From: Mustelus asterias
Taxonomy: Eukaryota
Reading direction: 5' to 3'
Assembly (NCBI RefSeq): GCF_964213995.1
Contig: NC_135828.1
Coordinates: forward strand, 16,244,001 to 16,308,000
DNA length: 64,000 nt
Both the position numbers and the translations under genes were made by a program. The notes under the pieces were generated by a model that was not told where the DNA came from, searched no databases, and saw nothing but the letters and a program-made list of their open reading frames with translations. Shown one piece after another: positions 1-10,302 of this stretch; within the stretch, counting starts at the first letter, position 1, and each line of letters starts with the position of its first letter.

Positions 1-400
1 ACTTCCCTTCTTGAACAAGGGGACAACATTTGCTATCCTCCAGTCTTCTGGCACTGTTCCTGTAGACAATGACGACTGAAAGATCAAAGCCAAAGGCTCT
101 GCAATCTCCTCCCTAGCCTCCCAGAGAATCCTAGGATAAATCCCATCTGGCCCAGGGGACTTATCTATTTTCACACTTTCCAGAATTGCTAACACCTCCT
201 CCTTATTAACCTCAATCCCGTCTAGTCCAATAACCTGTATCTCAGTATTCTCCTCGACAACATTGTCTTTTTCCTGCGTGAATACTGACGAAAAATATTC
301 ATTTAGCGCCTCTCCTATCTCTTCAGGTTCCACGCACAACTTCCCACTACTGTCCTTGACTGGCCCTAATCTTACCCTAGTCATTCTTTTATTCCTGACA
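1..400 (-). mobile_element. CR1-type LINE ORF2 fragment (region N-terminal to the RT core)
   Basis: Minus-strand translation gives DKSPGPDGIYPRILWEAREEIAEPL...GTVPEDWRIANVVPLFKKGS, typical of CR1 ORF2; truncated by the window edge. Confidence 0.85.
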
Positions 401-1823
401 TTAAGGGTAATTAAATAACTGCCTAAAGTCACTGAGACATGGGAGTAATTTTATTCTCTGACAAGGGAGATAGCTATGAGTGTTTCTATTTGGTTGTATC
501 TGAGGACATTAACTTCTACGTTACTTCTTCATTGATCAGGTGTTGACAGAGATATCAGGACATTCAGGCAGATGTGAATTTGCATTCTAATGTCTTGAGA
601 CAATCCATCAGAGCACTGAATCATGGGCCACTCAGCCTTTACTAACCTGCTTTATTCATTCGCTTTTGTGGGACACACTGGGGACATGTTCTCAGCCACC
701 ATTTTACAACGATGACTGCTTAACTCATTGGCTGCTAAAAAGTTTGAGACAGGGTAACAAAGATCAGCCTGGTCATGGTGAGGAAAATCAACCACATTTA
801 GCTCTCCGGCTGCTGAACGTCATACATTTGTTCCACTAATCGCAACTACCCGCGTCTAAAGTGTAGAATCCTCTCTGTCACCAGACATGTAAGAATTGAG
901 CCGATATAATCTCTATCCCCTATTAAGAGAGAAGTCATTTGTGAACTTACCCTCTTTAGTTCTTTATGTAGGGCTGTGAATGCACTTTTGCAGACTCCTC
1001 TTCCTTACTCCGTTCCCCGGTTAAGAAGCGAGACAGTGTGCATTCCCTCCCCTATCGGTTTACTGGGTGAAACATGTGATACCGTGTCTGTGAGCGATGT
1101 CCTCTTCCAACCTACACAAAGCATCTCAGGTTACTGCCAGATGTCAGCCTGGGTAACTGCCAGGAAGCAAGAGGTGGGATTAAAGGCTGATCAAACCAAG
1201 CCGGCATTCAGCGGGGGAGCCTTTGAAGAGACGCAATGGAAGGAATGGCTAAAGTTCCGCATGGTTTGGAAGATTGGGAGGGGGGAAATGTTTTGGTCAA
1301 ACGTCCTTTTTGAATCAGAGAGCAAAGAGTGATCTCATTATCATCACATTGATGTTACAACCAACCCTTATGGAAGTGATTTATCTTCTTCTCTTACACT
1401 ATGAGCTGCTGACAACATGTTAAAAGTGTAAAAGATTATAAAGGAACTGAATATTCCAAAGGAAATGAGTTGTCAGGGAAAATCCTGGACTAAATGTTAA
1501 CTAAGCAGAAAAATCCATAAATAACCCATAAATATTGGAATGATGATAATCATCCAAACAGAATAATTAGCCTCGACAATATTCCGACATATTCTTTAAT
1601 ATTGTAATGCCATTACACAGTGAATCACTCACAACAAATCGTACTTCAACTTTGATTGTTTCTGAAAGGAAAAATACCCAACTTTTCCTTAATTCCTTCT
1701 CTCAGATGAACGTTCAGTTGAGAACATTTCCCAACAGGAGACAAGCAGACAGGTTGCCCCCAGTGACCGTCCTCAAACATCACCTTGAATTAAATACAAA
1801 TATTGCCCACTTTCACAATCACA

Positions 1824-2104
1824 TGTCACAAGTAGGCTTACATTAACACTGCAGTGAAGTTACTGTGAAAATCCCCTAGTCGCCACACTCCGACTACTGT
1901 TTGGGTAACACTGAGGGAGAATTTAGCATGGCCAATGCATCTAACCAGCACATCTTTTGGACTGTGGGAGGAAACCAGAGCACCTGGAAGAAACCCATGC
2001 AGGCATGGGGAGAATGCGCAGACTGCATAGACAGTCACCTAAGCCGGGAATCGAACCTGGGTCCCTGGTGCTGTGAGGCAGCAGTGCTAACCGCTACACC
2101 ACCT
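1824..2104 (-). mobile_element. HE1-like tRNA SINE, tail type 2
   Basis: tRNA-like head (GGTTAGCACTGCTGCCTCAC...GGTTCGATTCC) plus tail ending CATTGCAGTGTTAATGTAAGCCTACTTGTGAC-like. Confidence 0.85.
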
Positions 2105-2109
2105 TGGGA

Positions 2110-2446
2110 CATAGAATCATCGAATCATAGAATCCCTACAGTACACAATGAGGTCATTTGGCGCATTGAGTCTGTACCGACCACAATCCCACCCAGGCCC
2201 TATTCCCATTACCCCATGTATTTACCCTAGCTAATCGCCCTGACACTACGGGCAATTTAGCATGACCAATCAACCTAACCTGCACATCTTTGGACTGTGG
2301 GAGGAAACCAGAGCACCCGGAGGAAACCCACATAGACACGGGAGAATGTGCAAACTCCACATAGACTGTCACCCGAGGCCGGAATTGAACCCAGATCCCT
2401 GGCGCTGTGAGGCAACAGTGCTAACCACTGTGCCACCGTGCTGCCC
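2110..2446 (-). mobile_element. HE1-like tRNA SINE, tail type 1 (CR1-like tail)
   Basis: Same head; tail ends ...ACTGTAGGGATTCTATGATTC repeats. Confidence 0.85.
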
Positions 2447-2749
2447 ATTGCGAGGAATTCTCCAGGGTTTCCTTGGGGATGGGGACTAGCTGCTGTCATG
2501 GCAGGGAAATGGACAATTACAAACACCAACAAGAGCCAGATAGATAGAAGGGACTGTCTGCTCCTGCGATAGGACAAGTTGGCAGTGCAGAGAGATGTAG
2601 AAAATATTTTTGGACTAAGTAACTGCAAGCTCCCTGAAAGGATTGTGATTTCATTTTAGTAAGTAATGTCATCAAACTGTGCACTCCCGCAGATAGGAAA
2701 TTTTAATGTAAAACCTTAAGCAAAAGACACTGCACCCATCAGTTGTCCC

Positions 2750-2985
2750 TCAGCAATCCGAGGAATAGATTGCACCTTTTGTGGACTGGAGTTTCTTCTC
2801 TTCATTTAACTTTATGTCCAGTTGGCGTAATTGTTGCAGGAACCCCCGGTTGGGTGAAATAGGCCTGTATAAAATGAGTCGGTTCACTGCGTCGAGCAGG
2901 CAGCGATTGTGGTAAATCATAATGTAGGCCAGTACCAGCGAGGCGGATCTGCTCATGCCCAGAATGCAGTGCACCAGTAACCTTG
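2750..2985 (-). CDS. DUSP13-family paralog (gene A), exon 3 with catalytic P-loop and stop
   Basis: Acceptor TTCCTCTTGCAG at 2987-2986; phase-1 join gives ARLLVHCILGMSRSASLVLAYIMIYH...ISPNRGFLQQLRQLD...SSDC*; HCxxGxSR and AYxM motifs. Confidence 0.93.
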
Positions 2986-3069
2986 CTGCAAGAGGAAGAT
3001 AAGAATGGCTGAGAGTTTGGATTCTGCAGCTGCAGGCAATCAGAGTCCAGTCACATAAATATTACATTC

Positions 3070-3470
3070 AAAATGAGAAGAATGAGAGGTGATCTTATTG
3101 TAGAATCCTGAGGGATTAGATAGTTTGGATGCCAGGAAACGTTTCCTCTCGTGAGAGAGGCCAGAGGCAGGGGACACAGTTTAAGAATAAGAGGCCTACC
3201 GTTTAAGATGGAGGTGAGGAGAATATCTTTCTCTCAGAGAGTCACTACTTTGTGGGACTCTCTTCCCCAGAGAGCTGTGAAGCCTGGATCATTGAACTTA
3301 TTCAATGCTCAGTCAGACAAATTTTTAATAGACAATGAGTCAAGACTTACTGGGGATGGACAAGAAAGTGAAGTTGAGACCACAATCGTGTCAGCCATGG
3401 TCTTATTGAATGGCAGAGCAGGCTGGAAGGGCCGAAAGGCCTACTCCTGCGCCTAAATTCTATGTTCCCA
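3070..3470 (+). mobile_element. Degraded CR1 LINE 3' end
   Basis: RGHSLRIRGLPFKMEVRRISFSQRV..LWDSLP, CR1 ORF2 C-terminus, followed by a CR1-type 3' tail. Confidence 0.8.
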
Positions 3471-3732
3471 TGTTGCTAATCTCCAAATCATGGAAAAGAT
3501 CCGTACCAAATTCCCCAGTTGCAATGAGGGTGAGGGCACTGGTAGGAGGGGCACTGAGCTATACCCAATTGGGAAATCCCTGCCCATTAGCTGATTTGGA
3601 GAGGAAGGTTAGATTTACCCACATCACCCCAGGACTGGGGTGGGGGAAGGCCAATGGAGATTCTTGGTCTGTCTAGCCCAAACTGCCAGATTGACATGTG
3701 TTGACAGGATGAGGGTTGGCAGAACCATTCTT

Positions 3733-3886
3733 GATGTGGAGATGCCGGCGTTGGACTGGGGTAAACACAGTAAGAGTTTTAACAACACCAGGTTAAAGTC
3801 CAACAGGTTTATTTGTTATTTATTTGTTTATTTATTAATGGCATTTGCTACCAAATAAACCTGTTGGACTTTAACCTGGCGTTGTT
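3733..3886. mobile_element. Penelope-like terminal-repeat fragment with inverted arm, 12-bp TSD
   Basis: 35-bp inverted arms at 3781-3815 and 3852-3886; direct repeat AGAACCATTCTT at 3721-3732 and 3887-3898; same family at 16525-16652 and 50584-50767. Confidence 0.75.
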
Positions 3887-4152
3887 AGAACCATTCTTCA
3901 CAGTGGATCAAGCTGCTGAACTCTCTCCAGCCTCAGACATAGAGAGTGGCTGAAGGAACAGAGGTCTATTGGCACCTCTGAGTAATGACCCACCCTCTAC
4001 AAATTAAACAGGTGTAAAGAGGTACAAATCACAAACTAAACCCTATCTTATTATTCACTGCTTTCTTTAAAGAGTCCTTGTTTAAACAGATGTCAATGAC
4101 ATCGTTAATACGGTTATCTCCAGGGAATTATTGACCAGATTAATTAAAACTG

Positions 4153-4391
4153 ACCGCACAGGGCCAAGGACCCGGATTCGATTCCTGCCTTGGGTCACTG
4201 TCTGCGGAGTCTGCATGTTCTCCCCATGTCTGCGTGGGTTTCCTTCAGGTGCTCCGGTTTCCTCCCACATTCTGAAAGACCTGCTGGTTAGGTGCATTGA
4301 CCCGAACAGGCCCTGGACTGTGGCGACTAATGGAATTTCGCAGTAAACTTCATTGCAGTGTTAATGTAAGCCTTACTTGTGACTAATAAAT
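4153..4391 (+). mobile_element. HE1-like SINE, tail type 2, 5' degraded
   Basis: SINE body and type-2 tail. Confidence 0.8.
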
Positions 4392-4683
4392 TTTTAAAAA
4401 TCAACATTAACCTGGGCCTTTCAGGATTTGTGCTACTAATCCGATTCTCTCAGCATCATGTTATCTCGAGTGAATTCTGAGGTCAAAAGAAGTCTGAAGG
4501 ATGTTAAAAGTTGTTGTAATTTTCTTGCCACTGATCTTTATAAGGATGGCTGATTGTGAAATGAGAAAGAGCTAATCACGCTGAGAAAACCCCAATGGAG
4601 TGTGGGCCTAGCACAGCTCTCCATTAGTACAAGATGCTGGACAATGTGACCCCTGCAGGCCATTGGTTTGAGTGCGTGGGCCC

Positions 4684-5646
4684 TTTAATTTTTTTAAATA
4701 CTTTTCCAATTCAATCAAATCAAATCCAATTCAGAGTCTCAACAAGTTGAGACATTTCAGATCCAGGCTGGCAAGACAAGGTCTACACTCCTGTCTTGGG
4801 CCTGATCTACATGAGCCAAGCTGATTGGAGTAGGTGCAGACTCACCTCCTCCAAAGCTTGATCTCATTTGCATCTTAGCCAAAAGGCCGAGATGCCGCTT
4901 TTAAAAATTGCTTCAAATGAAGCTAAAATGTAACCTAATGACCTCAACCAAGCGCAGCCTGTCCACACTACACTTTTTTAAATACTTTTCCAATTCAATG
5001 AAATCAAGTCCAATTCAGAGTCTCAACAAGTTGAGACATTTCCGATCCAAGCTGACAAGACAGGGTCTGCAACCCAATACCCTGTCTTGGGCCTGATCTA
5101 CATGAGCCAAGCTGATTGGAGGAGGTGCAGGTCTTCCTCCTCCAAGGCTTGATCTCATTTGCATCTTAGCCAAAAGGCCGAGATGCCGCTCTAAAAAATT
5201 GCTTCATATGAAAATGAAGCTTAAATGCAACCTAATGACCTCAACCAAGTGCAGCATCCGATCCACACTACACTTGTTTTTTAAAATTTTTAAAAATACT
5301 TTTCCAATTCAATCAAATCAAATCCAATTCAGAGTCTCAACAAGTTGAGACATTTCAGATCCAGGCTGACAAGACAGGGCGAGCGACCAAACCACCCTGT
5401 CCTGGGCCCGATCTACATGAGCCAAGTTGATTGGAGAAGGGGGAGGTTCCTCCTCCAAGACTTGAGCTCATTTGCATCTTAGCCAAAAGGCCGAGATGCC
5501 GCTTTTAAAAATTGCTTCATATGAAACATATGAAGCTTCAATGTAACCCAATGACCTCAACCAAGTGCAGCATCCCATCCATACTACACCTGATCTTAGC
5601 CAAAAGGTCGAAGCGATCCACACTACACTTGATCCTAGCCAAAGGC
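4684..5646 (-). mobile_element. Nested tandem array of three U2 snRNA-headed, A-tailed structured retroelements (SINEU-like)
   Basis: Units at 4684-4973, 4974-5276 and 5277-5617, plus a head remnant at 5618-5646. 5581-5617 reads ATCGCTTCGACCTTTTGGCTAAGATCAGGTGTAGTAT on the minus strand, matching U2 snRNA nt 1-39 with 3 changes. Each unit ends in an A-rich tail. CCACACTACACTTG is duplicated at 5263-5276 and 5618-5631. Confidence 0.8.
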
Positions 5647-6065
5647 ATGGCTGTCATGCACAGTAACTTATGTGTAGACAGAGCAACAACCTGCAGAACG
5701 AGCACACACCTTACAGGAACATTGACACTGGGGCAAGTTTGGAATTCTGCGATTATAATATAAAACAATAAAACTCATTCACTTCTCTCTTTTTCCAACA
5801 TTATTACTGGGTATTTAAATGATCAATTTGTGGTTTTAATCTGAGCATTGTTTACACACATATGGGTGAATTTTGTAATGGTTGCTGCTGGAGCCTTGGA
5901 ATTCATTGACCAAATAAGAGATAATTACAGGCTTGAGAATGTTTCTACCAGTTCTGGAGCTGGTTATTGATAGTTGCACAATAATCACTACCCCTCAAGC
6001 CCTGCCTCTCTCCCTAACTCACTGAAAATCTACCTTCCTCTGATACCAAAAGGAGGTTCAGGTTC

Positions 6066-6418
6066 TTTTTTTCATATATTCACTCATGGTACATGGGCGT
6101 TGCTGGCTGGCCAGCATTTATTGTCCATCCCTAGATGCCCTTGGAGGACAATTGAGAGTCAACCACATTGCTGTGGCTCTGGAGCCACATGTAGGCCAGA
6201 CCGGGTAAGGACGACAGATTTCCTTCCCTAAAGGGCATTAGTGAACCAGATGGGTTTTTCCGACAATGGTTTCATGGTCATCAGTAGATTCTTAATTACA
6301 GATTTTTTTATTGAATTCAAATTCCACAATGGCGGGATTGGAACCCGGGTCCCCAGAACATTAGCTGAGTTTCTGGATTAATAGTCTAGCGATAAAACCA
6401 CTAGGCCATCGCCTCCCC
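6066..6418 (-). mobile_element. Second tRNA-derived SINE family
   Basis: Head GGGAGGCGATGGCCTAGTGG...GGGTTCCAATCCC (A/B boxes); tail ...CAATAAATGCTGGCCAGCCAGC; homologous copies at 11367, 33712 and 57615. Confidence 0.75.
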
Positions 6419-6582
6419 ATAAAAGGGAACCAAATTTTGTACCAGAAAGGTCAATGTTCCTATTTCAGAAACCAAGGCTCTTCTTTACTTTTTGGGTATC
6501 TCCAAATAATAAAAAGATTTACCAACAGCAGCAGAGCCTGTTTAGCACATCTAAATGCAACAAATGTCAAAACATGCCTTAC

Positions 6583-6800
6583 CGCCTGGTGTATTCAGTG
6601 TTTGATGTATCTGTTCAGCAGCAGTGTAGAAATATTTACTCAGGTCGAATTCTGGGGAATCGTCAGCCGCGATGCCGTAGTAATTTATTTTTTTGCCATA
6701 GAAGATTTGATCTCCTACGCTGCCCCATTTGGAATGTGCAGCATTTAACACATGAGTGATCCCCATCTTCTTTAATTGTTTCTTGTCATGGGCTATCAGC
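6583..6800 (-). CDS. DUSP13-family paralog (gene A), exon 2
   Basis: Acceptor TTGTTATAG (6802-6801), donor G|GTAAGG (6582); 218 nt; LIAHDKKQLKKMGITHVLNAAHSKWGS...GIAADDSPEFDLSKYF, including the general-acid Asp. Confidence 0.93.
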
Positions 6801-7070
6801 CTATAACAAGAACAGAATGATCATGTGAGACAACACTGTGACGTTGTACAATTTACTGTAAGGATATGGAAAGCCTGTAACACTGTCTCTGGTGTGCACC
6901 AGTCAGCGGTACTTCCGGAGGGTTCGGTACTAGATCCGTTGCTCTTTGTGGAGTAGATATATATCAATGGAGGACTGCAGGGGGTAAGAGGTTTTCAGAC
7001 ACTATGGGTGGAATTTTCCTGTCCTGCCTGCCACGGGAATCATAGTGGACCATGCACGCACGGCGGACCA

Positions 7071-7397
7071 AGGGCGGCACGGTGGCACAGCGGTTAGCAC
7101 TACTGCCTCACAGCGCCAGGGACCCAGGTTCAATTCCAGCCTCAGGTCACTGACTGTGTGGAGATTGCACGTTCTCCCCGTGTCTGCGTGGGTTTCCTCC
7201 GGGTGCTCCGGTTTCCTCCCACAGTCCGACAGATGTGCGGGTTAGGTTGATTGGCCATGCTAAGTTGACCCTAGTGTCAGGGGGATTAACAGGGTCAATG
7301 AGGGTTGCGGGAATAGGGCCCGGGTGGGATTGTGGTCAGTACAGACTTGATGGGCCGAATGGCCTCCTTCGGTACTGCAGGGATTCTATGATTCTAT
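7071..7397 (+). mobile_element. HE1-like SINE, tail type 1, nested in a GGGC-ended MITE-like element (~7006-7467)
   Basis: Full head GGGCGGCACGGTGGCACAG and ATTCTATG tail; the flanks rejoin to a sequence homologous to 14712-14838. Confidence 0.85.
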
Positions 7398-7794
7398 GCA
7401 AAGGTCCATTGATCGCGGGCGAGAATTTCCAGCCGTGGGGGCGAGTGCGGCCAGAAAACCCCGCCCGACAAAAATTGGCAGTCTGAACGATTATAAGGAG
7501 CTGTAGACTGCAGGAAGATATCAATGGATTGTCGGATAGATGGAACAGTGACAAATGGAGTTCAATCTGGGGAACTGCGAGATAATTCATTGCGGGAAAC
7601 CTAACCTGGAGAAGGAATGCACAATAAAAAACAGGATGTCAAGAAGAGAAGAACAGAAAAACCTTGGAGTGCATGCCCACAGATCTCTGAAAGTGGCTGG
7701 GCAGTGTGGACATGAAGACAACACACTGGTCCTTTATTAACTGAGGGATATAAGAGCGGGGCAGGGAGGTTATTCTGGAATAACTGGTTGCTCT

Positions 7795-7970
7795 GGGTGC
7801 TCCGGTTTCCTCCCACGGTCCAGAAGACGTGCTAGTTAGGGTGCATTGGCCATGCTAAATTCTCCCTCAGTGTAAACGAACAGGCACCGGAGTGTGGCGA
7901 CTAGGGGATTTTCACAGCAACTTCATTGCAGTGTTAATGTAAGCCTACTTGTGACACTAATAAATAAACT
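7795..7970 (+). mobile_element. HE1-like SINE, tail type 2, 5'-truncated
   Basis: Body and tail ending CTAATAAATAAAC. Confidence 0.8.
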
Positions 7971-8471
7971 AAACAGAATGTCGCTGGGAGAGCAGTGATG
8001 GTTCTCATTTGGGCCACTAGATGGATTCTTACGAATAAAACATTTATCAGAAACCTTACCCTCCTCACAAGAAAGAGTGCTAGCAATCCCCACCCCGCGT
8101 CCCCAAGCAGTTACCATAAATCACTGGAAACCAAATAATAACATATTTCTCCCCCTGTCATCACCATAGATTACTGACTGACAGGCTAACACATAGCTTC
8201 CAAAATTAATGCAGTCTGCAGTCATCATCTGTGTGAACTGCGGGACATTCAGAAACGCCTCAATTTGTTCTTTAACTTATCCATCATATTATCAGCATGG
8301 AGACACCACCAAGTATTTCCGTCTATAGTAAACAGCCTCAAATAATGCAGTAAGGCTAATTTAATTTGTACCGGTTTTTAGCGCCAGTGCTTAAATGAAT
8401 CTCTGTATTGCGTTGCTTGCCCCAAGTGCTGTTTGTTACAAGTCCTCGGTAGCCTGTGTAAGCATACTTAC

Positions 8472-8641
8472 AAATCCCCAATATATAGGTTAGGCCATAC
8501 TTCATCCACATGGTTTAGCTGGGCTCTGCTGTTCTCCAGCATTCGTTCCAGTTCTGTAACAGAAGGTGTTTTCGAATCACAGATTGTGTTACCAATGGAG
8601 GGATTAAGGGTGTCTCCGGATAGGGATTCTGCTGCAGACAT
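8472..8641 (-). CDS. DUSP13-family paralog (gene A), coding exon 1
   Basis: GCC-ATG start with an in-frame upstream stop; MSAAESLSG...[32 protein letters not shown]; donor GTAAGT at 8471; 170 nt, phase 2. Spliced CDS 170+218+236=624 nt, 207 aa. Confidence 0.92.
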
Positions 8642-10004
8642 GGCCCTCAGTTTCTACAGGAAAATTGCTTTTGAAGACTTGTCGGCAGCTCTTCCCAACG
8701 TTCACCGTTTCAACATTTGTTTACTGTGAAAATGATGCTACTGATCTCCCTTTGACATTTGTAAACAGCTGTCGTGCTCTGCTCTGTTTCATAGCCACAC
8801 GTCTATTGAGGGTGGACTCCATTTTATGCTTTACAACATTTACATTTCTGCTTTTAACACAAAGTGTATCACAGGATTCAATAAATTCTACAACAGTTTA
8901 ATTTAGAATAAATGAGTATCAATGCTTGCTGCACATTGTATGGCTAGTCACATTAAGTGGGACAAGTCAGTCTGTAACCTTCACCTGGTTATTGGTGGCA
9001 GCCAGGTTGGCTTGTAGAATAATGGGTGAAACTATCAACTCTGCAGGATTTATTGGCTCAGCTAGCTGTCCATTATATTCCCATGCTGAATGTCTTCCAC
9101 TGGCTTATGGGCAGTGTGATCTTTGGCCCAGAAGTAGTCTAGTCGGGAAAATTTGCAATTCCTTTAATTAAAATTTTGAATCTTCAAATTCTTCATTTCT
9201 ATCACGAGGGTCCTCAGTCATGCTTCACCTAACAAGGTACAAATAACTAATATTTATGAGTCAAGTAGAATTTATTAAGCAAGTGTTTACATATAATTAA
9301 TACAAAGCAGTGAAGACAAATCCCTCATTCGTCAAACTCCTAGCAGTCCTTAAGCTTTGCCAGCACGTCTTGCTCTGCTCTGTCTTTGAAGTGACATTGA
9401 ACTGTGTCCAGGGAATCATATCACAGAAGCCATAGTAACACTGTGCCAACAGAGACACCAACTTTTAACCCTCAGTCTCATTATTCCTCCCCTCCTATTT
9501 TGAAATAGCCCAAGTTGCCCATTTTCATTGGCTATAGCTGAGTGCTGCCCCACCTTTGAATACTTTGCTTTAAGGTCATAAACTGAGACCCATCTCTATC
9601 TCTTACTTCCACGGGCCCAGTTGCTTCCATTGTGAACAAATGCCACATCCTTTAGATACAGATTCCCAATGTATAAACAGTGTCACATCCTCTTGTCAAC
9701 AGCACATCTGTTGCAAACATTCACACGACCATGCTGTAACCCATTGCTACAAATATTGAAATCATTAAGAACAAATGTTGAAAACCCTTCCCACCATAAT
9801 GTCAGGAAATAAAGATGACCTTCTAGTACAGATCAATTAAAGCAATGCATGGCTTGTTTGCAGATAAAGTGTTATCCTTAGTTCAAACTATTGATTTACC
9901 TATTCCAGCAAAGCAGACTTCTTGAATTCAGACTCAGCGGCACTATCAACATCATAAACTGCATTTAAGTATGGTTCCTGACAAGTAACTGACTTCATCC
10001 ACAT

Positions 10005-10302
10005 GGGGGTGGCACAGTGGTTAGCACTGCTGCCTCACAGCTCCAGCGACCTGGGTTCGATTCCCGGCCTCGGGTCACTGTCTGTGTGGAGTCTGCACCT
10101 TCTCCCCGTGTCTGTGTGGGTTTCCTCTGGGTGCTCCGGTTTCCTCCCACAGCCCAAAGATGTGCAGGTCAGGTGGATTGTCCATGCTAAATTGCCCCAT
10201 AGTGTCAGGGGGATAAATATGTGGGGTTACAGGGATAGGGCCTGGGTGGGATTGTGGTCGGTGCAGATTCGATGGGCCGAATGGCCTCCTTCTACACTGT
10301 AA
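10005..10302 (+). mobile_element. HE1-like SINE, tail type 1
   Basis: Head, body and tail match the other copies. Confidence 0.85.

Noticed and set aside
976-1332. 118-aa plus-strand ORF
   Set aside because: Non-ATG start, no recognisable domain, no supporting splice structure
5581-5646. Functional U2 snRNA gene
   Set aside because: Only nt 1-39 are present, with a 2-nt deletion; no Sm site or downstream stems
4660-5670. Outer TSD around the whole U2-headed array
   Set aside because: No convincing direct repeat between the flanks at 4683 and 5647
7071-7150. tRNA genes at SINE heads
   Set aside because: A/B boxes are present, but they continue into SINE body and tail; these are tRNA-derived heads
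8055-8117. Alternative first coding exon of gene A (ATG at 8117, donor near 8059)
   Set aside because: The donor is phase 1 whereas exon 2 needs phase 2; no DUSP similarity
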